Shown here one piece after another: positions 49,839 through 58,378 of a DNA stretch of 64,000 nt. The stretch lies in contig OY776510.1 in NCBI GenBank assembly GCA_963675665.1, positions 2,080,001-2,144,000 of the forward strand. The letters are read 5' to 3'. The DNA comes from Spirochaetia bacterium (GTDB lineage: Bacteria; Spirochaetota; Spirochaetia; UBA9216). Below the pieces are notes generated by a model. The model saw nothing but the letters and a program-made list of their open reading frames with translations. It was not told the origin of the DNA and did not search any database. Numbering within the stretch: position 1 is the stretch's first letter; each line of letters begins with the position of its first letter. The position numbers were made by a program, and so were the translations under genes.

Positions 49839-50887
49839 TGGGTAAAACTCTTATCAAAGGCAACAGCGCCATAGTCCGCGGAGCATTGCTCGGCGGAGCA
49901 ACACATTTCTTCGGGTACCCAATCACCCCGGCGTCTGAGATAGCCCACGGGGCGGCGGATCTTTTTACGCGCGCCGGGCGGACATTTCTGCAGGCTGAAA
50001 GCGAAACAAGCTCAATCAACATGATTTACGGGGCTTCGGCCGCAGGATCAAGAGTTATGACCGCTTCTTCCGGTCCCGGCCTGTCATTGATGCTGGAAGG
50101 CCTAAGTTATATTGCCGGTTGTGAACTGCCTGCAGTTATTGTTGACGTGCAGCGCGCGGGCCCGGGGCTCGGTAATATCTGGCCGGAACAGTCGGATTAC
50201 AACACCTGCTGCAAAGGCGGCGGTCACGGGGCATTCAAGAATATTGTTTTTGCGCCTTCTTCCGGTCAGGAGATGACTGATTTCGCCTATAAGGCCTTTG
50301 ATCTTGCCGACAAATGGAGAATGACTGTAATTATTCTTTCCGACGCCTATATCGGTCAGATGATGGAGCCCGTAGGTTTTCCGACAACAGCAAAACACGG
50401 CGCCCGCAAGGACTGGGCGGTTTACGGCGATGCCGAAAGCAGGAATAACCTTGTATCATCCATCATAATGAACCAAAAAGGTCTTGCAGAGTTGAATGAA
50501 CGGCTCCAGGAAAAATATGCACGGGCAAAAAAAGAGCTGGTCGAATGGGAGGAAGAATATACCGATGATGCGGAGTTTATTCTGGTTGCTTTCGGTATTA
50601 CGGCCCGGATAGCTTCCACCGCCGTGAGAAAGCTGCGGGCCGAAGGCGTAAAAGCCGGTCTTTTCAGACCGAAGACGCTTTGGCCGTTTCCGTCCGAACG
50701 ACTTTCCGGGCTTTCAGCCAGGGTAAAAGCGATGGCTGTTGCCGAATTGAACGACGGAATGATGGCTGAGGATGTTGAACTGGCAGTAGCCGGTAAATGT
50801 CCCGTCTATCGTTATAACTGGTTCGGAGGAACTGTTCCCGGAGCCGCGGAAATAGCAGAAAGAGTAAAGGAGTCGCTGAATGGTTAA
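49838..50887 (+). CDS. vorB: 2-oxoacid:ferredoxin oxidoreductase alpha subunit (VorB-like)
   Basis: GYPITPASE, QAESE, TASSGPG, RAGPGLGNI, GQMMEPV; TAATG overlap. Confidence 0.88.
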   Translation: MGKTLIKGNSAIVRGALLGGATHFFGYPITPASEIAHGAADLFTRAGRTFLQAESETSSINMIYGASAAGSRVMTASSGPGLSLMLEGLSYIAGCELPAVIVDVQRAGPGLGNIWPEQSDYNTCCKGGGHGAFKNIVFAPSSGQEMTDFAYKAFDLADKWRMTVIILSDAYIGQMMEPVGFPTTAKHGARKDWAVYGDAESRNNLVSSIIMNQKGLAELNERLQEKYARAKKELVEWEEEYTDDAEFILVAFGITARIASTAVRKLRAEGVKAGLFRPKTLWPFPSERLSGLSARVKAMAVAELNDGMMAEDVELAVAGKCPVYRYNWFGGTVPGAAEIAERVKESLNG

Positions 50888-52292
50888 GCACGCAAAACCC
50901 AAAGGCTTTTATGATCAGTTTCTGCGCAAGGCTCCCGACGGCGGACCGGCAGCGGAAACAACCCATTACTGTCCCGGATGCGGACATGGAACCGTTCATA
51001 AACTGATAGCTGAAGCAATTGACGATATGAATATCGGAGACAGGACAATTTTTCTTTCACCGGTAGGTTGTTCCGTTTTCGCATACTACTATATGGATAC
51101 GGGAAATATTCAATGTGCGCACGGCCGCGCGCCCGCTGTTGGAACAGGCGTGATCCGAAGCCGGGATGATGCCATTGTTATTTCATACCAGGGCGACGGA
51201 GACCTTGCAGGAATAGGCACTGCGGAAATAGTTCATGCGGCAAACCGCGGAGAGAACATGGCCGTCTTTTTTGTGAACAATGCCATTTACGGAATGACCG
51301 GCGGGCAGCTTGCGCCGACAACGCTGCTGGGGCAGACTACCGCTACAACTCCGCTTGGCCGGCTTAAAGACAGGGAAGGCGGCCCCATTCATATGGCTGA
51401 AGTTATCAATGCCCTTGACGGACCTGTTTTTGTTCAAAGGACTACCCTGAGCGATGCCGCAGGCGTTATGAAAACGCGCAAGGCAATAAGGAAAGCCCTG
51501 ACGAATCAGATTGAGCGCAGGGGTTTCAGCTTTGTGGAAATACTTTCGCCATGCCCGGTCGGCTGGAAAATGCCTCCGGTACAGGCCCGCGCATGGATGA
51601 AAGAAAATATGGAAAAAAACTTCGAGGTTAAGCTTTTTCGCGATCGCGAAGATACGAAACGCGGAACAGGCCGGCTTAGACTGCTGGATGATCCTGAGCT
51701 TCTTGAATTGCTTGGTACCGGTGATACGGAAGAGCCCGTTAAGGGATTACCGCTTGAATCGGAAAAGAGAGTAAAGATATCCGGATTCGGAGGGCAGGGA
51801 GTCATGTCGGCAGGAACTCTTCTTGCGAATGCGGCCATTGCCGAGGGGCTTGAGGCTACCTGGCTTCCGTCCTACGGTCCGGAAATGCGCGGCGGCACGG
51901 CAAATGCCTCTGTGGTTATTTCCGATTCCCCTGTGGGTTCTCCCGTTGTGGATGAGCCTACAGCGCTTCTTGCCATGAACGGACCTTCGCTTGATTCATT
52001 CGAAGATGCAGTAAAACCCGGCGGTTTGATAATTGTAAACAGCTCGATTGTAAAGCGCAGGGTAAAACGTGAAGACGTAGATGTAATCTACGCACCGGTA
52101 AGCGCAATAGCATCCGAAGCCGGATTCATAAAAGGCGCAAACATTGTAATGCTTGCGCTTTACATGCTCAAAACCGGCGCGCCCGGAGTTGATGCGCTGA
52201 AGGCTGTAATTCCCAGGATGATTAAGAAAAAAGAGTTTGTTGAAGTGAATTTGAATCTGGTTAAAAAAGCCGAAGAGTTTCAGGCGGAATAA
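50880..52292 (+). CDS. 2-oxoacid:ferredoxin oxidoreductase fused beta-gamma subunit
   Basis: HYCPGCGHG, YQGDGD...NNAIYGMTGGQ TPP motif; gamma GFGGQG, PSYGPEMRGG. Confidence 0.92.
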   Translation: MVKHAKPKGFYDQFLRKAPDGGPAAETTHYCPGCGHGTVHKLIAEAIDDMNIGDRTIFLSPVGCSVFAYYYMDTGNIQCAHGRAPAVGTGVIRSRDDAIVISYQGDGDLAGIGTAEIVHAANRGENMAVFFVNNAIYGMTGGQLAPTTLLGQTTATTPLGRLKDREGGPIHMAEVINALDGPVFVQRTTLSDAAGVMKTRKAIRKALTNQIERRGFSFVEILSPCPVGWKMPPVQARAWMKENMEKNFEVKLFRDREDTKRGTGRLRLLDDPELLELLGTGDTEEPVKGLPLESEKRVKISGFGGQGVMSAGTLLANAAIAEGLEATWLPSYGPEMRGGTANASVVISDSPVGSPVVDEPTALLAMNGPSLDSFEDAVKPGGLIIVNSSIVKRRVKREDVDVIYAPVSAIASEAGFIKGANIVMLALYMLKTGAPGVDALKAVIPRMIKKKEFVEVNLNLVKKAEEFQAE

Positions 52293-52316
52293 TTCCGTAA
52301 TGGTTCTATAAACCGG

Positions 52317-52341
52317 GGCGGCAGCCGTAACGGCTGTCGCC
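52317..52341. terminator. Hairpin between convergent genes
   Basis: GGCGGCAGCCG-TAA-CGGCTGTCGCC. Confidence 0.7.
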
Positions 52342-52342
52342 T

Positions 52343-52915
52343 TTAATCTCTGGGCTTCTGGGGGACCCTGAAAAGCGCATTTGTATCAAATCCCTGCTTT
52401 TCGGCTATCGTTTTCATTTTCGTGAAAAGCTCCTCATCAATTTCCGGTGTTCTTGCAAGCAGCCAGAGGAATTTTCTTGAGTTGTTTCCGACCACTGCCC
52501 AATCGTAGTTTTCCGTATCCAGTCCGATTATCAAGTAGTCGGATGTAAACAGGTTAAAGAATTTTACCTTCAGGGCGGCTGGAACTGCCGGATCGGGAAT
52601 CCATGCAACAGCCTTTACCTGTGTATAACGACCGTTAAGGTCTTTTTTGAATCCGCTGTTTATAACCTGAATTCTGCCGTCGTTTCTCAGCGAGTATTCA
52701 GCTGTAGCTCCGAAGATGTCGTCTTCAAAACTGTGCTGAAACCGCGCAATTTCATACCATCGGCCAAGATACCTCTCTGCATCTACTGTTTCCATAAGTT
52801 TTACCGGAGCCATACCTTCAGGAGGGATCGAGGCACATGAAGAAAAAATACCCAGAAGCAGTGCCGCAGTGATAACCATGGGGATTGGTCGTTCATAAAT
52901 TGAACATTTATTCAT
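52343..52915 (-). CDS. blc: Bacterial lipocalin lipoprotein
   Basis: Lipobox FSSC; RYLGRWYEIAR, YDWAVVG, LWLLARTP. Confidence 0.92.
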   Translation of the reverse strand: MNKCSIYERPIPMVITAALLLGIFSSCASIPPEGMAPVKLMETVDAERYLGRWYEIARFQHSFEDDIFGATAEYSLRNDGRIQVINSGFKKDLNGRYTQVKAVAWIPDPAVPAALKVKFFNLFTSDYLIIGLDTENYDWAVVGNNSRKFLWLLARTPEIDEELFTKMKTIAEKQGFDTNALFRVPQKPRD

Positions 52916-52983
52916 TTTTGCTCTCCTTAAAAAATAAATTAATTACAGAATGTACATATGGTTTGGGCCGATTATTGTTCCAT

Positions 52984-54522
52984 TTAAAGCAATTTCTTAT
53001 ATGCTTCTATTGAATCAAGAAAGGCATCTACCACTGCCGGATCAAAATGCTCCCCGCGTTCTTTTTTTACTTCCCGGATTACCTCATCTATCGGCCAGGC
53101 CTTTTTATAACAGCGTTGATTGGCCAGGGCATCGACTACGTCGACGAAAGCGGTTATTCTTCCGAATATGTGGATTTCTTCGCCGCGCAGCCCCTGCGGA
53201 TATCCGGTGCCGTTCCATTTTTCATGATGTTGATGGGCAACTATTGCCGCCGCTGCCATTGTTCCGAGTGATGATTTTCTGAAAATGTTGTATCCGATTT
53301 CGGCATGTTTTTTTACTATCTGATATTCTTCAGGAGTCAGCCGCGACGGTTTATTTAGAACTGAGTCGGGAATTCCCACCTTTCCGATATCATGCATCGG
53401 CGCTGTAAGACGCAGTGTCTCAATGTCAGCCTTGCTTAACCCCAGTTTTTCTCCAAGCAAACAGGCAGTTTCGGTTACCCGCCGGATATGTTCAACAGTT
53501 TCTTTCGAGCGTCCTTCAACAACTTCGGAAAACGTGAAGATTATTTCCTTTTGTGTAGCGCTAAGTTCATTATTCATTGATATATTCTCAAATGCCGCGG
53601 CTACATTTGTGCTGAAGATCGAAATCAAATTCCGATCTGTCTCCGTTATCTTTCTCTTCCACTGCAACAGAAGCAGGTTTTTCTCGCCCTTGTGGGATTC
53701 ATAGTAGCCGATGTAAGAAGTCGGGGTGAAAATACTTTTATGTTGCTCAACCGCCTTCATGAGTTGTAAATAAATTTTCTCTGGAATGACATCAGCAATA
53801 CTACAGTTTTCTTTACCAGAGTATATTCCAGTTGCTGCCTGGATAGTATAATCATTTTTTCGATATTCCTGTATCGCGGACAGGCTTGAATAGATAATAT
53901 AGAGGGAATCTTCGTCAAGCCCGAGAATTGAGGTCATCTGCTGAAGAATTCCCGACGCAAATTGATTGAATGAATGGAGTTCAAACAGTCTGCTTGAAGC
54001 ATTGATGACTGTTTCGAGTCCTTTTTTATTTCTGGTTATAGTGTCTATATGTTTATAATCTCTCAAAGATGTTGTAATCACCGTAAACAGTTTCTGAGAT
54101 GTCAGTTCGCTCTTGGCCTTATAGTCATTTATCTCATAGTTGACGATAATTTCCTTTTCCGGGGCCTGTCCAGGCTGACCTGTGCGAAGGATAATTCTTA
54201 CAGCTGAATTTCTAAGGTTCTCCCTGATATCTCTGGCGCATTTAAGCCCTGCATCATCTGTTTCCATAACAACATCAAGAAGAACAAGGGCAATGTCATT
54301 TTCGCGGGAAAGAATATCTATGGCTTCCCTTCCCGAATATGCACTTAGAATCTGAATTGAACGATTTTCGAAGACATAATCTTTCAGAACCAGCCTTGTA
54401 AGAGCATGAATTACCTCTTCATCGTCAGCAACCAGGATTTTCCATGGAGAGGCTTCATATTCCGGCTGCTTTTTGATAATATCTTTTTGGAAAACAATTT
54501 TTTCGTTATTGTTTTTATTCAA
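52984..54522 (-). CDS. Response regulator / DUF3369 / HD-GYP phosphodiesterase
   Basis: ADDE, LLDVVME, RTGQPGQAPE; HDIGKVGIPD, HHEKWNGTGYP. Confidence 0.93.
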   Translation of the reverse strand: MNKNNNEKIVFQKDIIKKQPEYEASPWKILVADDEEVIHALTRLVLKDYVFENRSIQILSAYSGREAIDILSRENDIALVLLDVVMETDDAGLKCARDIRENLRNSAVRIILRTGQPGQAPEKEIIVNYEINDYKAKSELTSQKLFTVITTSLRDYKHIDTITRNKKGLETVINASSRLFELHSFNQFASGILQQMTSILGLDEDSLYIIYSSLSAIQEYRKNDYTIQAATGIYSGKENCSIADVIPEKIYLQLMKAVEQHKSIFTPTSYIGYYESHKGEKNLLLLQWKRKITETDRNLISIFSTNVAAAFENISMNNELSATQKEIIFTFSEVVEGRSKETVEHIRRVTETACLLGEKLGLSKADIETLRLTAPMHDIGKVGIPDSVLNKPSRLTPEEYQIVKKHAEIGYNIFRKSSLGTMAAAAIVAHQHHEKWNGTGYPQGLRGEEIHIFGRITAFVDVVDALANQRCYKKAWPIDEVIREVKKERGEHFDPAVVDAFLDSIEAYKKLL

Positions 54523-57066
54523 TTAAATCCCCTCCACCCGAGAAAGGTCGCTGTTGAATATTATTTCGAATTCAGTGCCGTCCTTTTCTTTGCTTCTGCA
54601 GACAATTTTTCCTCCGAGTGTCTGCGTTACAAGATTGTAAACGATATGCATGCCCAGGCCGCTGCTGCCTTCTCCGCGCCTGGTTGTAAAAAACGGATTG
54701 AATATTTTTTTCAGATTTTCACGGGGTATGCCGATTCCGTTGTCTCTGTATAGCAGTTTGATTTTATCTGCCTCTTCGGTTATCTCTATCTTTATTTCTC
54801 CGGAAGAAGTATTCTCAAATCCGTGTTTAATTGAATTGATTATCAGGTTTGTCAGAATCTGGGATAGTGTTCCGGGATATCCGTTTATCACAATATCGGG
54901 ATTGCAGTTGACATATATTGAGTGTTGCGTCTTTTTCAGCTTGGGTCGCAGGCTTGTCAGAATGTCGTCGATATACTCTTTGATATTGAACCTGCGTAAA
55001 GATTCATCCGACTGATCAACAGCAATAAGTTTAAAACTCTGAATAAGTTCAGCCGAGCGATTCATATTAGCCAGCAACATTCTGGAACTGCCTAATGCTG
55101 TATCGATGTAATCGTCAAAATCTCCCCGTGTCAGTTCATCGGAGTTATATTTTTCATTGAAAACATTCGTTTGTTCTTCCAGATGAGATGCTGCAGTTAC
55201 TGCGACGCCTATTGGCGTGTTTATTTCATGGGCAATCCCCGCAACAAGATTTCCCAAAGCCGACATCTTTTCAGACTCTATAAGGAAATCTTTTGTTTGA
55301 TTAAGTTCTTCTATTGTTCTGTTAAGTATCTCGGTCCGTTCGGAAACTAGATTTTCAAGGTTTTCCTTATGTTCTGTTAATTCAATGTTGGTTTTAGAGA
55401 GCTGTTCTGTAAGAATCTTCAGTTCTTCCTCGTCTTCTTTCATCTTTGTAATATCCTGGCCAAATACAATTATATTCCGGCTGTTTTCACTTAACAGGGT
55501 ATACCATGCAATAATCTTTTGTTCTCCTGCTTTGGTGATCACAGGCAGCTCATAATCTACAAGTTCTTTTTTTAACGTTTTTTCAAATAGAGATTCCCGG
55601 ATCTCTTCTTTTATATTACTAAAGAAGAGAATACTGCAATTTTTCCCTATAATTTCATCCTTGCTGTAGCCGGTTATTTTTTCGCCGGCGGGATTAATGA
55701 AAATAATTTCCCCGTCGTTATCGATTCCGCAGATGATGTATGGAGATTTATTGATGATATCCATCGAATAATCGTGTTGACGCTTCAGCTCCTTTCTTGA
55801 TCTGTTTATTGATTCAAGCATCCTGTTCATTGTTGTGCTCAGCATGAATATTTCATTTGTGCCTGTTTGAGGAATCGGATCAACCGGAATTCCGTTTTCG
55901 TCGGTGTCGTTAATTGAGGAAATAAGCTGATTAAGCGGTTTTGTAATGCTTCTGGACACATACAACGAGACTATCAGGGCTATAAAAAGAAGCGATGCTG
56001 AAAATAGAATCAGTCTCCTGGTAAGCCCGGATATTTTATTTTCAAAATCATCTATATAAAAGGTGGTTGCAATATACCATTGCAGCGGTTCGTAATATGT
56101 AACATATGTCCTCTTGCGATAGATATACTTGTTCTCCCGTCCCGGTTTATCCCATCTGTATTCCATATAAAGTTCAGGCTTATTTACCTGCTGTTTCAGT
56201 TCGCCGAGCAGTTTTTTGCCTGTGTCGGGATTGAACAAAGTATTTCCGTCTATATTCTGTTTATTCGGATGAACAAGGAGTTTGTTGTCTTCGTTAAAAA
56301 TGAACGAATATCCGCTTTCTCCTATGCCTGTTTTGGCTATTGTATTGTTCAGTTCTGCAATAACGGCATCAATTCGATCATTAACATCCTTTTCCAGATC
56401 GTCTATGTAAACCCCGGTGCCTATAATCCAGTTCCAGGGTTCAAATAATCTGACGAACGACATTTTTGGTTGACGTTCGGTAAGTCCTGTTTCCGTGGGT
56501 TTGGGCCAAAGATAATCAATATAACCCTCACCCTCACTGAGACATATATCAACCGCAGCTTTAAAGAGGTTCTCATTTTTGCCCTGTGCGCAGTTGAATT
56601 CGGGAGCGTCGAGAATTTTACCGTCCAGTTCAGGCAGGGTCGGGTGCATGATCATAACCGGAAAGGGCTTTTCAGTATTATTTATCCAGAAGTACCCGAC
56701 TTTCTCATTTGTGCGTATCTTCTGAATTATTCTGACGACTTCTGCTTTTGCAGCCTCTTCGGCTATATCTCCTTCCTGAAATCTGAAATATGCATCATTT
56801 ATCAGGGTAAATACTACATCCATGCTGCTTTTGAGTTCCTGTTTTCTTCGATTGAGAACAGCTGATTCATGGTATCTAATACTGTCATATTGAGATTCAA
56901 CATACTTTTTTGCCATATCCCTGTGATCCAGTGCATACGTTTCAAAAACTTCAGCAATTTCCTGTGTTGCTTTATAATTGAAAAGCAGGGTTAGGCTAAT
57001 CAGGGATATAATTAGGATTCCAAGTATTGAAACAATAATTCTTGTTTTTAAAGATTTTAAAAACAT
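54523..57066 (-). CDS. Cache-HAMP-PAS sensor histidine kinase
   Basis: GYFWIN...MHP, YLWPKP, IGTGVYID Cache; PAS NPAGEKITGY; GIAHEINTPIG; DNGIGI, GLGMHIV. Confidence 0.94.
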   Translation of the reverse strand: MFLKSLKTRIIVSILGILIISLISLTLLFNYKATQEIAEVFETYALDHRDMAKKYVESQYDSIRYHESAVLNRRKQELKSSMDVVFTLINDAYFRFQEGDIAEEAAKAEVVRIIQKIRTNEKVGYFWINNTEKPFPVMIMHPTLPELDGKILDAPEFNCAQGKNENLFKAAVDICLSEGEGYIDYLWPKPTETGLTERQPKMSFVRLFEPWNWIIGTGVYIDDLEKDVNDRIDAVIAELNNTIAKTGIGESGYSFIFNEDNKLLVHPNKQNIDGNTLFNPDTGKKLLGELKQQVNKPELYMEYRWDKPGRENKYIYRKRTYVTYYEPLQWYIATTFYIDDFENKISGLTRRLILFSASLLFIALIVSLYVSRSITKPLNQLISSINDTDENGIPVDPIPQTGTNEIFMLSTTMNRMLESINRSRKELKRQHDYSMDIINKSPYIICGIDNDGEIIFINPAGEKITGYSKDEIIGKNCSILFFSNIKEEIRESLFEKTLKKELVDYELPVITKAGEQKIIAWYTLLSENSRNIIVFGQDITKMKEDEEELKILTEQLSKTNIELTEHKENLENLVSERTEILNRTIEELNQTKDFLIESEKMSALGNLVAGIAHEINTPIGVAVTAASHLEEQTNVFNEKYNSDELTRGDFDDYIDTALGSSRMLLANMNRSAELIQSFKLIAVDQSDESLRRFNIKEYIDDILTSLRPKLKKTQHSIYVNCNPDIVINGYPGTLSQILTNLIINSIKHGFENTSSGEIKIEITEEADKIKLLYRDNGIGIPRENLKKIFNPFFTTRRGEGSSGLGMHIVYNLVTQTLGGKIVCRSKEKDGTEFEIIFNSDLSRVEGI

Positions 57067-57249
57067 ATTAATCCATGCTCACCATAATTTGTTCTAAACA
57101 GCAAAGTTTACTTAAATGATAATGGAAATAAAAGTGAAAGCAATAGTGAAAAAGAATTTTTCGGTAAAACATTCGATAGAACCCAAAAGCTTCCGGTTTG
57201 TAAAATGCAAAATGAATGAGTAGAAGGAAATATCGTTTTATACAAAAAG

Positions 57250-57541
57250 GCTAAGTGGAGTTTGTCGAAGACAAACTCCAAAATGAATGGATAAAGAACG
57301 AATTTATCTTTGAATGAAACAGCTTAATGGAGTTTGTCGAATGCAAACTCCAAAATGAATTGATAAAGAATGAATTTATCTTTGAATGAAACAGCTTAAT
57401 GGAGTTTGTCGAAGACAAACTCCAAAATGAATTGATAAAGAATGAATTTATCTTTGAATGAAAAAGCTAAGTGGAGTTTGTCGAAGGCAAACTCCAAAAT
57501 GAATTGATAAAAAAAGATTTATCTTTTTTTATCAATTCATT
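57250..57541. repeat. Tandem array of four 72-bp double-hairpin units (plus a degenerate unit near 57195-57240)
   Basis: TGGAGTTTGTC-GAA-(G/T)(A/G)CAAACTCCA-AAATGAAT starting at 57256, 57328, 57400 and 57472; last unit ends in a perfect 21-bp-arm palindrome at 57498-57541. Confidence 0.95.
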
Positions 57542-57543
57542 AC

Positions 57544-57600
57544 TTGACATGCAAACCCAACGGAAATACAATAGAAAGAGAAAAGAAAGCAAATAGAAAG
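57544..57600 (+). promoter_or_regulatory. sigma70 promoter of the deoR operon with four 11-bp-phased GAAAG boxes
   Basis: TTGACA-N17-TACAAT; boxes at 57563 GAAAT and 57574, 57585, 57596 GAAAG. Confidence 0.85.
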
Positions 57601-57613
57601 CAGATGGAGTATT

Positions 57614-58366
57614 ATGCACAATCTTACGGAAAGAGAAAAGAAGATACTTGAGATCCTCGCAGAGGAAGGAAAGATCGGCGTTACCGAGATAAGCGAGCGG
57701 CTGAATGTCTCAAAGGTAACTATCAGAAGCGATTTTGCAAGCCTCGTTGAAAAAGGTGTGATCTACAAAACCCATGGGGGAGCGGTTCCCGCAATGCATC
57801 CGGCTATTCTTGAGCGTCAGCGTGATATGAGCGATGTAAAAAGAGCAATTGCCAGAGAGGCGGCATCAATGGTTGAAGACGGCGATACTATCATGATTGT
57901 AGCCGGAACCACTACTGCTCTGATTGGAAACTATCTTCTTGGAAAGCGGGACATCCGAATTGTAACCAATTCAACCCTTTTGCTTCCATATGCAAGAATG
58001 AACCCGAGTCTGCATTTGACGATTGTAGGCGGAGAGTTCAGACCTCAGGCTGAAGCAATGGTCGGCCCCGAGACCATACGCCAGCTCGAAGAGTTTCATG
58101 TTAAGAAGGCTTTTATCGGTACGGAAGGTTTTTCCTGTGAAGCAGGACTTACCACACAGCTGATAGAAAGCTCCGAAACAATCAGAAAGATGGTTGAGTG
58201 TACCGAACAGGCTATAATGGTAGCTGATTCGGGCAAATATAATAAAATCGGTTTTGTGAAAATTCTTCCGCTTGAAAGTATGAATCTAATAATAACTGAT
58301 AAAGGTCTCGATCCGGCGGTCCAGAAAGAATTTAAAGAGAAAGGACTAAATCTGAGATTAGTCTGA
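57614..58366 (+). CDS. DeoR/GlpR-family transcriptional regulator
   Basis: VSKVTIRSDF...KTHGGA HTH; KRAIA, AGTTT, IVTNS, ADSGK sugar-phosphate sensor domain. Confidence 0.95.
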   Translation: MHNLTEREKKILEILAEEGKIGVTEISERLNVSKVTIRSDFASLVEKGVIYKTHGGAVPAMHPAILERQRDMSDVKRAIAREAASMVEDGDTIMIVAGTTTALIGNYLLGKRDIRIVTNSTLLLPYARMNPSLHLTIVGGEFRPQAEAMVGPETIRQLEEFHVKKAFIGTEGFSCEAGLTTQLIESSETIRKMVECTEQAIMVADSGKYNKIGFVKILPLESMNLIITDKGLDPAVQKEFKEKGLNLRLV

Positions 58367-58378
58367 TAAGGAGGGAAT

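Noticed and set aside
57255-57461. Each repeat unit holds a 20-codon ORF (e.g. MEFVEDKLQNELIKNEFIFE*)
   Set aside because: There is no RBS, and the substitutions conserve base pairing rather than amino acids (the 47457 copy reads MKFAEGKLQNEGGKE); probably incidental, though ribosome profiling could overturn this
57250-57541. CRISPR array (palindromic repeats with a 72-bp period)
   Set aside because: The would-be spacers are near-identical between units and no cas genes are in the window
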